Part shown: piece by piece, positions 28,540 through 38,049 of the stretch | Position numbering within the stretch: the stretch's first letter is position 1 | Layout of the letters: each line of letters starts with the position of its first letter | Source of the DNA: an uncultured Fibrobacteria bacterium | GTDB taxonomy: Bacteria > Fibrobacterota > Fibrobacteria > UBA11236 | Direction of reading: 5' to 3' | Assembly: GCA_963716395.1 (NCBI GenBank) | Contig: OY970309.1 | Coordinates: 1,216,001 to 1,280,000, forward strand | DNA length: 64,000 nt | Translations under genes and position numbers: made by a program | Notes under the pieces: model-generated | The model's database searches: none | The model's input: only the letters and a program-made list of their open reading frames with translations | Told to the model about the DNA's origin: nothing

Positions 28540-28602
28540 TAAGGGTATCTCTAATAATCGGTCCGCCGAAGGCGGAGAATGGGATTATTAGAGGTACCCT
28601 GA
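28540..28602. repeat. Short inverted-repeat (REP/MITE-like) element containing TCCGCCGAAGGCGGA
   Basis: AGGGTATCTCTAATAATC ... GATTATTAGAGGTACCCT (18-bp IR, 1 mismatch) directly after the tRNA. Confidence 0.8.
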
Positions 28603-28610
28603 AGGGCACC

Positions 28611-29183
28611 TTGAACACATCGCTTTCTCCCGCTGTTTTTCTGGATCGCGACGGAACGCTCCATCGCGACACGGGGTATCTCATTCGCTTCGAAGAGTTT
28701 CACCCGCTGCCCGGTGTGGAAGAAGCCCTGCGCCTGATGCAGGACAAAGGCTATCGTCTTTTCGTGGCCACGAATCAAAGTGGCGTGGCCCGGGGATTTT
28801 TCACCTTAGAGGCCGTGCACGCCTTGAATTCCAGAATTCAGGCCTACTTCCGGGATAACGGCATTAATATAGAGGCCATGGCTGTTTGCCCCCATCATCC
28901 CGAAGGCGTCGTAGCGGCCTATGCCCGCATCTGTGATTGCCGCAAACCCCAACCTGGAATGCTGCGGGATCTCGCCGAATCCTATGGTCTCGACTTGACT
29001 CGCAGCTATATGGCGGGCGATCATTGGCGTGATGCCCAGGCCGGGTTGGCCGCGGGTGGAACGGGGATTTTAATCGGAAATAGGGGCTTCGTAAACGAAG
29101 TTGACAAGGAGTCGCGGTTAAAGGAATTTAACTCGCTCTTTGAATTTGCCCGCAGCCTCACAGGAGTCGCAACATCCCCATGA
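28611..29183 (+). CDS. gmhB: HAD phosphatase of the GmhB/HisB-N type
   Basis: Motifs FLDRDGTL, TNQSGVARG, CPHHP, CDCRKPQPGM and GD. Confidence 0.85.
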   Translation: MNTSLSPAVFLDRDGTLHRDTGYLIRFEEFHPLPGVEEALRLMQDKGYRLFVATNQSGVARGFFTLEAVHALNSRIQAYFRDNGINIEAMAVCPHHPEGVVAAYARICDCRKPQPGMLRDLAESYGLDLTRSYMAGDHWRDAQAGLAAGGTGILIGNRGFVNEVDKESRLKEFNSLFEFARSLTGVATSP

Positions 29184-29614
29184 GCACGAGTAAAGATCTC
29201 AAGCGCCCGACGGAAGCATTGACTGAATTCGAAAAGCAGGCTCTGGCCGAACTTTGGGACACGGGCAAGCTCAAAACCATTTCGGATCATCTCCTGGAAT
29301 TTGTGGATCGTCACTGCGACGATATCCGCGAAATGGCGCCGGGTGAACCGTCGCCCGAGGTATGGGTCGAAGCCGTGAAACGGTTGGTGCGCAAACGCGG
29401 ATCGATTCATTTGCCCTCGGACATGGCCGATCAGATCCGCGAAATCAACAACGAAATTTGGTACCGGGGCGAAAAAGGCGATTACAACAGCACCAAGATC
29501 AAAGAAGAATGGGCCTTGCGCTATGCCCACAAATGGCGCGAATGGCGCGTTAAGGAAATTCTCTACGTAATCGACCGCCGCCAGGACGAGGTGGCCGCAA
29601 CCTTGCCGCGCTGA
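29180..29614 (+). CDS. Hypothetical protein with a DUF4032-like C-terminal motif
   Basis: Motif EINNEIWYRGEKG...EEWALRYAHKWR; ATGA overlap with gmhB. Confidence 0.7.
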   Translation: MSTSKDLKRPTEALTEFEKQALAELWDTGKLKTISDHLLEFVDRHCDDIREMAPGEPSPEVWVEAVKRLVRKRGSIHLPSDMADQIREINNEIWYRGEKGDYNSTKIKEEWALRYAHKWREWRVKEILYVIDRRQDEVAATLPR

Positions 29615-29669
29615 TTCCGGCGCTCCGGCGGGTTGCTATTTTCCGGCTCGTTCCATCCTCGGAGGATCC

Positions 29670-30317
29670 ATGTCTGCAGCGGAGGAACCCTCGCCCGATC
29701 GCCTGTTCGCTTTTTTCGAGCGCCTCAAAACCATGAGTTCCATCCAGCGTTTCGGCACGCTGCCCATGATCCAAAGCGAAAGCGTGGCGGCGCACAGCTT
29801 CAACGTGGCCATAATGTCACTGCTCATCGCCGATTTCGACGACCCCCCAAATCTCAACCGCGAAGCGATGCTGCGCAAGGCGCTATTCCACGACTTCGAA
29901 GAAACCGTGCTCTCCGACATTCCCCACCCCATCAAGCACCGTTTCATGGGCGGCAAGCTCGACAAATTGCTCAAGGAGGTGGTTCCTGACCTGATCCAAA
30001 ACGAGATTTTCAAGGAACTGCCGCCCGACCTGCGCGATCGCTGCACGCGCGCGGCCCTGACCGCCAAAGAAGGCCCCGAAGGCCAAATCGTCGCCGCCGC
30101 CGACGCCATGGACATCGTGATGACCTCCCTGCGCGAACTCAAAATGGGCAACCGCTATTTCCAGAATATTTTCGAAGTCGGCCTGCGCCTGCTCTCCCGC
30201 TTCGAACATTTGCGCTTCGCGCGCCTGTTCATCGCCAGCGCGCGGCAATACCGCGACCGCGATCAAGACGCCGAAGGGCAGACGACTTTTTCCGACGAAT
30301 TCGTCGAGCCGCGCTAA
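29670..30317 (+). CDS. HD-domain phosphohydrolase of the YfbR 5'-deoxynucleotidase type
   Basis: Motifs ESVAAHS, ALFHDFEE, DIPHPIK and AAD; SD GGAGG. Confidence 0.85.
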   Translation: MSAAEEPSPDRLFAFFERLKTMSSIQRFGTLPMIQSESVAAHSFNVAIMSLLIADFDDPPNLNREAMLRKALFHDFEETVLSDIPHPIKHRFMGGKLDKLLKEVVPDLIQNEIFKELPPDLRDRCTRAALTAKEGPEGQIVAAADAMDIVMTSLRELKMGNRYFQNIFEVGLRLLSRFEHLRFARLFIASARQYRDRDQDAEGQTTFSDEFVEPR

Positions 30318-30332
30318 ACCGAACTCCGGAAT

Positions 30333-30752
30333 TCAATAGCGGCGCCGCAGCAGCAAGGCGATCGCCGCCACGGTGAAGAGCAGGTTCAAGGCGGCGTCGG
30401 CGCGGGCCAACCAGTGCTGGGCGCCGCTGTATTCTTTCCCCTGCAACAGACGCCGCTCCATGCCCAACCCGAGCAGGGCCGATACCCAGAATTTCACCGC
30501 GATTGCGATCAGAAAGTCCGTTCGCAACTGAGCTCCGTACAGCGTAGAGAGATACCCCAGCGGGGCCCCGAGATAAAAGAAAAGCCGCACGGCGCGCAGC
30601 CGGGCCGCATGTTCCGGGGCTCCGGCCACCTCGGTGAATTGTCGCGCACGGGTTTGCACGTCTGCGAGTTTGGCGAAGAGCTGGTAGAGATTGGTGCCGC
30701 CGTACACCACGCTCAACACCGCCGCGACCTTGGCCCATAGCAGCGGCGTCAT
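30333..30752 (-). CDS. Hypothetical membrane protein
   Basis: About 4 hydrophobic helices; overlaps the rsgA stop. Confidence 0.7.
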   Translation of the reverse strand: MTPLLWAKVAAVLSVVYGGTNLYQLFAKLADVQTRARQFTEVAGAPEHAARLRAVRLFFYLGAPLGYLSTLYGAQLRTDFLIAIAVKFWVSALLGLGMERRLLQGKEYSGAQHWLARADAALNLLFTVAAIALLLRRRY

Positions 30753-31672
30753 TCCCAGGCCTCGGGCCGGTTCAAGGTGGCGAGCAGGCGCTGGTAAGAT
30801 TCCAGGCGAAAGCGCGGAATCTGTCCGCTGGCGACCGCGGCGTGCAAGGCACAGCCGGGCTCAGTTTCGTGGCGGCAATCCTTGAACCGGCATTGGCCGA
30901 GATGGGGTGCGAAGTCGCGCCAGAGCGGCGCCACTTCTTCGGCCCGCATATTCCAAAGGCCCAGCGAGCGCAGGCCGGGCGTGTCGATGACGCGCACGCC
31001 GTCGGCACCGACATAAAGCCGGCCGCCGGTGGTGGTGTGCCGGCCCTTGCCGCTGGATCGCAGCATTCCCACCCGCGCAGCCGCCTCGGGTATCAAGGCG
31101 CGGATGAGCGAGCTTTTGCCCGCTCCCGATGGTCCGGAGAGCACGGCAATGCGGCCCCGCAAAAGTCCGCGCAGGTCTTCGATGCCGGCGCCGGTGAGCG
31201 CGGAGCACATCACCCGGGCATAGCCGAGGCCGCAGAGGTAATCGGTTTCGGGCGGAGGAGTCGGTTGCAAATCGCACTTGTTCATACACAAAACGGCTTC
31301 CAATCCGAAATGCTCGGCCAAGACCAGATAACGATCCAGCAAACGCGGATTGAAAGGCGGATGCAGGGGCGTGGTCACGGCCACCAGCAATTCGGCGTTG
31401 GCGGCCAGAATCAATTCGCGCGCATAGCGTTCGCCCGGACCCGGCCGCGAGAGCTTGGTGGTTCGGGTCAGGATGGCGGTGATCAAGGGCTCCTGGGCGA
31501 CGTCGCCGGGATAGAATTCCACCTGATCGCCCACGGCAAAATTGGCAAAAGGCCGCATGTCGATTTCGGGGCTGTAGCCGCAGCGCCACTCGCGCCCCGT
31601 GTCGTCGGCCACCGAAGCCGTGCGGCGCTGCACTTCGATCAGCATACCGCGGCACACGGCGCCGGGTTTCAC
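30749..31672 (-). CDS. rsgA: Ribosome small subunit-dependent GTPase A
   Basis: Motifs NKCDL, GPSGAGKSS, GRHTT, DTPG and CRFKDCRHETEPGC. Confidence 0.93.
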   Translation of the reverse strand: MKPGAVCRGMLIEVQRRTASVADDTGREWRCGYSPEIDMRPFANFAVGDQVEFYPGDVAQEPLITAILTRTTKLSRPGPGERYARELILAANAELLVAVTTPLHPPFNPRLLDRYLVLAEHFGLEAVLCMNKCDLQPTPPPETDYLCGLGYARVMCSALTGAGIEDLRGLLRGRIAVLSGPSGAGKSSLIRALIPEAAARVGMLRSSGKGRHTTTGGRLYVGADGVRVIDTPGLRSLGLWNMRAEEVAPLWRDFAPHLGQCRFKDCRHETEPGCALHAAVASGQIPRFRLESYQRLLATLNRPEAWE

Positions 31673-33573
31673 GCTTTTTCCGCCTCCAGGCGGGCCAGTT
31701 CGGCATACAGCGATTCCACGTCCGCCGCGTTGGCTGCGCGTTCTTCGCCCAGTTGCCGCAGCGCTTCGGGATCTTGAAAGATCTCTGTGCGGCATAAGGC
31801 CGCGTCGATTTCGCCGTTGCGCCGTTCCAAGGCTTCGATGCGCGCCGTAGCCTCGGCCTCGAGCCTTTCCAGTTTGCGGCGCGCCCGTTCGGCCTCTTTG
31901 CGCTCGGCGTGCGAAGATCGAGGTCCGGATTTCGGCGCCCGTTCCCCGGCCTCGTCTTGCGCCTCGGCGCGGGCCAAATCCTCTTCGAGCTTGTGGGAAT
32001 AATAGGCGTAATCGCCCGGATACTCGGTGATGCGGCCGCCGTCGACCCGTAACACGCGTGTGGCCAAGGCCCCGCAGAAGTCACGGTCATGCGACACGAA
32101 CACCACGGTGCCGGGATAATCGCCCAGGGCCGCCAACAGCAAATCCTGCGAGCGCAGATCCAGATGGTTGGTGGGCTCGTCGAGCAGCAGGGTATTGCTG
32201 GGCGAAAGCAGCAGGCGCGCCAGCCGCACGCGCGCGCGTTCGCCGCCCGACAGCACGCGCAGCGGCTTGTGCACGTCGTCTCCCGAAAACAGCATGGCGC
32301 CCAAGGCGGCGCGAATCGCGCCCTGCGAAGCCTGCGGAAAGGCGGCCAGCATCCAGGCGAGAATCGAGGCGTTCATTTCGGATTTGGCGAGCTCGACGTA
32401 TTGGGCGTAATACCCGAGGCGAATGCCGGCGCCGCGATCGAGCCGGCCGCCGTCGGAAGCAAGCTCCCCGGCCAACAGGCGCATCAAGGTGGTTTTACCC
32501 GCGCCGTTGGGGCCCACCAAGGCGGCCTTGTCGCCAGCCCGAATGGTGAAGGCGCCGTCTTGAAACACGGTTTTGCCGCCGAAGCTTTTGCCCAAATCCT
32601 CGGCGCGAAAGGCGAAGGCGCCGGCATAGTCGGCATTGGGAAAGCGCAATCGCAACGCCGGCCCCTCCTGATCGATTTCCTGAATCTCAATGCGGTCCAG
32701 CCGCTTCATGGCGCTGCGCGCCTGCGAAGCCTTGGTGGCCTTGGCCTTGAAGCGGTCGATGAAACGGCTCAAGCGCTCGATTTCATCCTGCGCCTTGGCC
32801 GCGGCCCGGCGTTGCTGGGCCACGCGCAGCGCGCGCTCCTCTTCGAAGCGCGCGAACGGCAGGGGATACGTTTCGATGCGTCCCTGGTGCAAGTCGAGCA
32901 CGCCTTCGCAGACGCGGTCGACGAAGCGGCGATCGTGGCATACCAGCAAGAGCGACCCAGGCGCATTGCGCAAATACGCTTCGAGCCAAAGAATGGATTC
33001 GAGGTCGAGGTGATTGGTGGGCTCGTCGAGCAGCAGGCAATCGGGCCGGCCGAGCAGCACCTGGGCCAGCGCCACACGCATGCCCCAGCCGCCGGAAAGC
33101 TGCGCCAGCGGTTTTTCCTGCGCCTCGCGCGAGAAGCCGAGACCGTGCAGCACCGAGCGCGTGCGGGCTTCGGCGGAGTAATAGCCTTCATGCGTCAAGG
33201 CGTCTTGCCACTCGTCGAGGCGCTGCAAATCCTCGTCGGTGGCCGAACGGCGGCCCAACTCTTCGCGCAACATTTCGAGGTCATGGGCCTTGCGCAACAA
33301 CGGCGCAAAGGCCTGGAGCGCCGCGCTCAAGGCCGTGGCGTCTGCGGGAAATTCGGCATGCTGGCGCAACCAGCCGATGCGCAAGCCCCCGGAGCGGATC
33401 ACCTGCCCGCTGTCGGGCTGCATGGCGCCCGCGAGCAGATGAAACAGAGTGGATTTTCCCACCCCGTTGGGTCCGACCAGGCAAAGCTTTTGCCGGTCGC
33501 CGAGTTGAAAGGAAACTTCGCGTAAAAGATCGCGATCGCCGAAAGACAAAGACAGATTGCGGACTTCGATCAT
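31669..33573 (-). CDS. ABC-F family ATP-binding protein
   Basis: Two ABC domains (GPNGVGKST and GPNGAGKTT; LSGG; LLLDEPTNHLD), no TM segments, C-terminal coiled coil. Confidence 0.93.
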   Translation of the reverse strand: MIEVRNLSLSFGDRDLLREVSFQLGDRQKLCLVGPNGVGKSTLFHLLAGAMQPDSGQVIRSGGLRIGWLRQHAEFPADATALSAALQAFAPLLRKAHDLEMLREELGRRSATDEDLQRLDEWQDALTHEGYYSAEARTRSVLHGLGFSREAQEKPLAQLSGGWGMRVALAQVLLGRPDCLLLDEPTNHLDLESILWLEAYLRNAPGSLLLVCHDRRFVDRVCEGVLDLHQGRIETYPLPFARFEEERALRVAQQRRAAAKAQDEIERLSRFIDRFKAKATKASQARSAMKRLDRIEIQEIDQEGPALRLRFPNADYAGAFAFRAEDLGKSFGGKTVFQDGAFTIRAGDKAALVGPNGAGKTTLMRLLAGELASDGGRLDRGAGIRLGYYAQYVELAKSEMNASILAWMLAAFPQASQGAIRAALGAMLFSGDDVHKPLRVLSGGERARVRLARLLLSPSNTLLLDEPTNHLDLRSQDLLLAALGDYPGTVVFVSHDRDFCGALATRVLRVDGGRITEYPGDYAYYSHKLEEDLARAEAQDEAGERAPKSGPRSSHAERKEAERARRKLERLEAEATARIEALERRNGEIDAALCRTEIFQDPEALRQLGEERAANAADVESLYAELARLEAEKA

Positions 33574-33638
33574 GCGGAGAGCAAAAGTAGTTCGCGGGCC
33601 GCGCGGCCGGGCGCGGCGCCTTTGCTACCATTCGCGCG

Positions 33639-34478
33639 ATGAAACGCATCGCGGCGTGGTGGCGCCTGTTCCGCCCCGGCAATGCGGCCATCGCGGCCGC
33701 CGGAGTGGGGCTCGGCTACGCCTGTTTGCCGTCGCCCCGGCCCCCGGCCGCCGGCGCGCTGTGGGGCGCACTGTCCCTGTTCTTGCTCACGGCCGCAGGC
33801 AATGCCGACAACGACGCCTGCGACGTGGAGACGGATCGCGTCAACCGGCCTTTACGATCTTTGCCCGCGGGGTTGCTGTCACGAACGAGCGCGCGCCGGG
33901 CAGCCTGGCTGCTGGGCGGCGCGGCGATTCTCTGCGCCGACGCCGCCTCGCCGCTGCATGGAGCCCTGGCCCTGGGCATGGGATTGCTGCTCCTGCTGTA
34001 TAATCGCGCCTTCAAAGGTTTGCCTCTGGTCGGGAACCTGGCCGTGGCGGGCCTGTGTGCGCTGGCGGTTTACTTTCCCGAATTTCCGCATTGGCCCCGG
34101 GCCACAGCGCCGGCCGCCGGTTTCGCCTTCTTGGCCACCTGGGCGCGGGAACTCGCCAAAGATCTCGAAGATGCGCCCGGCGATCGCGCGGCCGGCCTAC
34201 GCACCTATCCGCTGGTGGCGGGGGAAAACGCGGCCCGAAAACTTGCGCGTTACGTGACCTTGGCGTTACTGATCCTGCTGCCGGTTCCCGTGGTTTTTTA
34301 CGGGGATGGCTGGCCTTATGCGGTGCCGGCGGTCCTGGGGGCTGCGCCGCTTTTGATTTGGCTGTGGCGCGCGCTGGCGCGATCCAACCCGGATTACCGG
34401 CGCTGCCAGAAGAATTACAAATGGGCCATGCTGGCGGGCATGGCGGCGCTTTTGGCCGGGGCGCTGACGGGAAAGTGA
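33639..34478 (+). CDS. UbiA-family prenyltransferase (DGGGP synthase-like)
   Basis: Motifs NDACDVETDRVNRP and RELAKDLEDAPGD. Confidence 0.88.
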   Translation: MKRIAAWWRLFRPGNAAIAAAGVGLGYACLPSPRPPAAGALWGALSLFLLTAAGNADNDACDVETDRVNRPLRSLPAGLLSRTSARRAAWLLGGAAILCADAASPLHGALALGMGLLLLLYNRAFKGLPLVGNLAVAGLCALAVYFPEFPHWPRATAPAAGFAFLATWARELAKDLEDAPGDRAAGLRTYPLVAGENAARKLARYVTLALLILLPVPVVFYGDGWPYAVPAVLGAAPLLIWLWRALARSNPDYRRCQKNYKWAMLAGMAALLAGALTGK

Positions 34479-34513
34479 CGTCGGGGCGCGGATTCGGTGC
34501 GATTCGGCGCGTC

Positions 34514-35428
34514 TTAATAGCGGATTTCGAGCGCCCAGAATTGTCCGCCGGTGAGCACGGCATTGCCTTGATAGGCATAATTGAAACCGAAACGCGACCA
34601 ACGCAAGCCCATTCCGGCGCTGAAAGCCGCCGTAGGTTCGGCGAAGGGGTAGCCGGCCCGCAGCCATAAGACGTCATTCCACGAAACTTCGACGCCGGCC
34701 GGAAAGGCGATCTCTTCGTCGTTGCGCGTGCGCGCATCGGCAGCCAGCGAAACGCGCAACCGCGGGCTTAAATCCCGGGTCAGCGAAACTCCGGCCTGGA
34801 TGGAGGTCGGCGGAAACACCTGGCTGCCGTCCAAGGCCGCCGAAGTCCAGAAATCCGCGTTGACCACCGCCGCACCCACGGCGAAACCCCAGGGCAAATT
34901 GCGCTGCAATCCGGCGTTGACCATGCCGGTCGCATAATTGCCTTCGGCAATCGTGTTTTGCGCATAAGCCATGCTGACGCCATAGGCCGTCCCCCAAAAA
35001 AATCCGGCCAGGCCGCCTTGCAATTTCAGCGTGTAGGCCCCGTAGGCGCCGGTGGCCTGATCTCCCCCGTCATAGCCCGGGATGTTGCCGAAACCGAGGT
35101 AACGCGCATGCAACGTCAAACGCCGGTTTCCCAGGGGCAGATCCCACCCCGCCTGGCTGCCGGTGGCGGAAAAAGCCGCCGGCGTGTAAATCTGCCCCAA
35201 TTCCACCGCCGCGGAATCGCGGGCCGCCGCCGCGGGATTGAGATCAGCGTCGCCGATACCGTCGACCAAGGCGGCTCCCGCACCGCCCAGGGCCGTGGAA
35301 CGGGGAGAAAGCGGAAGCTTCAGGAATTGGAAGCTGGCGTCGCCATAGGGGCGATCGATGACCAAGGCCCGGACGCGGCCGAGCGGAAACAAACAGACCG
35401 CAAGGGCCAAAATCCACCGGAAACGCAT
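34514..35428 (-). CDS. PorV/PorQ-family outer-membrane protein
   Basis: Motif FQFLKLPLSPRSTALGGA...LNPA; LRAGY; C-terminal IRY. Confidence 0.78.
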   Translation of the reverse strand: MRFRWILALAVCLFPLGRVRALVIDRPYGDASFQFLKLPLSPRSTALGGAGAALVDGIGDADLNPAAAARDSAAVELGQIYTPAAFSATGSQAGWDLPLGNRRLTLHARYLGFGNIPGYDGGDQATGAYGAYTLKLQGGLAGFFWGTAYGVSMAYAQNTIAEGNYATGMVNAGLQRNLPWGFAVGAAVVNADFWTSAALDGSQVFPPTSIQAGVSLTRDLSPRLRVSLAADARTRNDEEIAFPAGVEVSWNDVLWLRAGYPFAEPTAAFSAGMGLRWSRFGFNYAYQGNAVLTGGQFWALEIRY

Positions 35429-35451
35429 GGAGGTGATAATGTATAAACCCC

Positions 35452-36453
35452 TTAGAAGGCGGTTCGAAACCCGGCCGCATAGGGGTTAAAGGTGGTGAAA
35501 CCGCTTTCGAACAAAAGCGCGTAGTCGAAATGGAGCACGCGCCGGTTCCAGACGAAATCATAGCCGAAGCCGAAAGTCGGATTGGTTTGATCCCAACCGG
35601 CCCGGAAATACACCCGCGGCGCCACCGCGCATTCCGCCCCGAAGCGAAAGGCCTGCTGGTGAAAATTGGCGTCGACCACGAACAAATCGCGCTTCAACTG
35701 ATAGTCGAGCGCTTCGGCGGCAAAGGTCCACGGCCGGCTCCACAGGGTATGTTGCCATTGGCCCGCCACTACCAAAGTCTTGGGGAAAAAGTCCGAACTG
35801 GTGTTTTCCGATCCGAAAACCGTTTGATCGCCCAGCACGGTTTGATCAAAATCGGCCGACAGGGCCGGGTCGAAGCCCAGATTGCGCACCACCACGGCCA
35901 CGGCCAGCGAATCGGTGAGTTGGCGGTACCAGCCGAGATTGACCCCGCCCACGAAGGAGATATTGCCCGCCCCGCCGGAGATGTCGGTGCTGCTGGAATA
36001 CCATTGGATGGTGACGCCGAAAGCGTTGCGCCGCGAGGTGCGCACCCCAAGGCCCAAATAGGAGCCAAAGGCCTGGGGCTGGGCGGTGCCGATGGGATTT
36101 TCGTTTTCATCGTAGGCCGGCACGTTGAGATCGCCCCGATTGAGGATGCCGATGCCCACGCCGAGATTCGAGGCCAGACGGCCTTGCAGCGACACAAAGC
36201 CGCCATTGCGATCCAGGCTGCGGATGTCGGCGCCGAGTCCGACCTGGGTTTCGCGGTCGAAGGGCAATAGCGCCGGATTCCAATACGCCGCCGGCGCGGC
36301 GTCGAGCAGGGCCGTGCCGGTATTGCCGCGCCCCAATTCGCGGATGCCCGCCCCCATGCGATCGAGCCAACCTTCATGTCCGCCGAGAATTTCATCTTGC
36401 GTGGCCTGCGCCGCGGCCGCCACCGCAAGCAGAAACAGCAACGCCCGGATCAC
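35452..36453 (-). CDS. PorV-like (FadL-fold) outer-membrane protein
   Basis: Motif GAGIRELGRGNTG...AYWNPA; FRAG; HFDYA; C-terminal F. Confidence 0.72.
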   Translation of the reverse strand: MIRALLFLLAVAAAAQATQDEILGGHEGWLDRMGAGIRELGRGNTGTALLDAAPAAYWNPALLPFDRETQVGLGADIRSLDRNGGFVSLQGRLASNLGVGIGILNRGDLNVPAYDENENPIGTAQPQAFGSYLGLGVRTSRRNAFGVTIQWYSSSTDISGGAGNISFVGGVNLGWYRQLTDSLAVAVVVRNLGFDPALSADFDQTVLGDQTVFGSENTSSDFFPKTLVVAGQWQHTLWSRPWTFAAEALDYQLKRDLFVVDANFHQQAFRFGAECAVAPRVYFRAGWDQTNPTFGFGYDFVWNRRVLHFDYALLFESGFTTFNPYAAGFRTAF

Positions 36454-38042
36454 AACCGACCCCGGGCGTTGATCGCCTTTCCGAATCCGCGTTCGCCCTG
36501 ATCGCTTTGCACCAGGATGTAATAGGTTCCGACGGATACGGGCCGGCCGCTGTCGTCGTTGCCGTCCCAGAAATCCTGGGCGGGATTTTCACTGCGCGCC
36601 TGCCCGCCCTGGCGCGGCGCGTTCTTCACGATGGTGCGCACTTTTTCCATGGCGTAGTTGTAGACGGTGATGGTTACGTTTCCGCTTTTCTTCAGGCGGT
36701 ACCCCAAATGCACGACCTGAGGTTGGCCGTTGACCGTGGCCCCGGTGAGTACGGTCGGATAGGTGATGACCTCGGCCAGCGCGTTCTGGACGCTGCGCAA
36801 GCGGTTGAGGTTTGCGAAAGCCGTTCCGGGCGCATCCAGGCGTTTGTAAAAAATCCCCATGTCGGTCGATCCCACGGCCACCACGGCCGCAGGGCCGCTG
36901 TCGGCCACGCATAACGTCGTGAGCGAACCTTCGCCTTGCGAAAGGAGCAAACTGTCGTCGGCGTCGAGCAAGACGTCGGAGATCGGTCCCGCCCCCCGGT
37001 TTTGCAACAGGCTGTCGCCGCGGAACAACACCAAGCCGGGACGGGTCAAGTTGAAATTCACGAAACTCGTGTCGCCGAAAAAGGCGACGGCGGGGTTGGC
37101 GCCGTAGCCGGTCAGCAAATCGGGCGTGGTCGCAATCCCCGTGATGGCGGGCGGCACCGCGAAGGTGCGGCCGTGGTTCCCGCTGAAGAAAAAGTGCGCG
37201 CCGGTGAAGGCCCAGGCCACTCCGCCTGAGGCGGACCCGGGCGCCGCCGCCACCCGCTGCACCGCCACCGAATCGGCGCCGGGCAACGGCACATGCGGAA
37301 AGCGGCGGCCTCCCAGCAATCCGCGGCGCAGCCCCGAGGTTGTGCCGAGCAACAGCCAGACGCTGTCGGAGGCGGAGGAATCGACCGCGATGTCGAGGAT
37401 GGAATCCATGGCGGTGCCCGGCGTTCCCAAGGTGTCGGTGCGGCACAAGGCGTTCCAGCGGCAGACGATGGTCGCGACCGTGGTATCGCCCGAAACCGGC
37501 AATCCGTAGAAAGCGATCGCGCTGTCTGTAAACAGACGCGTGTCGTTTTCGGGCGCCAACGGAACCAGCGCCAAGCCCAGCCGGCCGCCGCCCACCAGGG
37601 CGGTGTCATGGCACACCGCCAGGGCCGTGAAGCCGGCGCCATAGGCGAGGGTGTTGGCGCCGTTCGCGGGCTTGGGCAACAGGAGGCTGTCGCTTTTCCA
37701 CGACTTGCCGTCATAGAACAGCGAGGCCAGCCGGTCCACCGACACCGTGTCGGAAACCGCCACGTTGGAGCGCAACAGCAGCGATTCCCGCCAGGTCGCA
37801 CCGCCGGCCACGCCGCCGGAGTCGGAAAACGGCCACACGCCGTCGGTGATCGCGGGCGGACTGGAGAACAGATCGAGGCGGCTGAAGGCCAGACCGCCGT
37901 CGTCGAAGGCGAACACGCGGTCGCTGACTGCGAACACGAGGGGAATGCTCTTGGAAACCAGGGGGTCGGATTGCGCCCAGGCTCCGCGGCAAAGACCCGC
38001 GGCCAGCAACGCCCCGGCCAGGAAACGCGTACGAAACGTCAC
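36450..38042 (-). CDS. Secreted hypothetical protein with a C-terminal FlgD/CTD-like Ig domain
   Basis: Signal peptide; motif ITYP...VTITVYN...VRTI...WDGNDDSGRPVSVGTYY. Confidence 0.75.
   Translation of the reverse strand: MTFRTRFLAGALLAAGLCRGAWAQSDPLVSKSIPLVFAVSDRVFAFDDGGLAFSRLDLFSSPPAITDGVWPFSDSGGVAGGATWRESLLLRSNVAVSDTVSVDRLASLFYDGKSWKSDSLLLPKPANGANTLAYGAGFTALAVCHDTALVGGGRLGLALVPLAPENDTRLFTDSAIAFYGLPVSGDTTVATIVCRWNALCRTDTLGTPGTAMDSILDIAVDSSASDSVWLLLGTTSGLRRGLLGGRRFPHVPLPGADSVAVQRVAAAPGSASGGVAWAFTGAHFFFSGNHGRTFAVPPAITGIATTPDLLTGYGANPAVAFFGDTSFVNFNLTRPGLVLFRGDSLLQNRGAGPISDVLLDADDSLLLSQGEGSLTTLCVADSGPAAVVAVGSTDMGIFYKRLDAPGTAFANLNRLRSVQNALAEVITYPTVLTGATVNGQPQVVHLGYRLKKSGNVTITVYNYAMEKVRTIVKNAPRQGGQARSENPAQDFWDGNDDSGRPVSVGTYYILVQSDQGERGFGKAINARGRL
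37221..37235. repeat. 15-bp palindrome TCCGCCTGAGGCGGA, in frame within the CDS (encodes SASGG)
   Basis: Same arms as the copies at 28562, 44928 and 62400; begins on a codon boundary of CDS 36450-38042. Confidence 0.65.
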
Positions 38043-38049
38043 TTTTATG

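Noticed and set aside
28533-28610. N-terminal extension of GmhB (MGIRVSLIIGPPKAE...)
   Set aside because: It overlaps the tRNA end and the repeat element; TTG 28611 fits the family better.
28540-30317. Integrative island at tRNA-Leu
   Set aside because: No integrase and no duplicated tRNA 3' end were seen; the downstream genes look like housekeeping genes.
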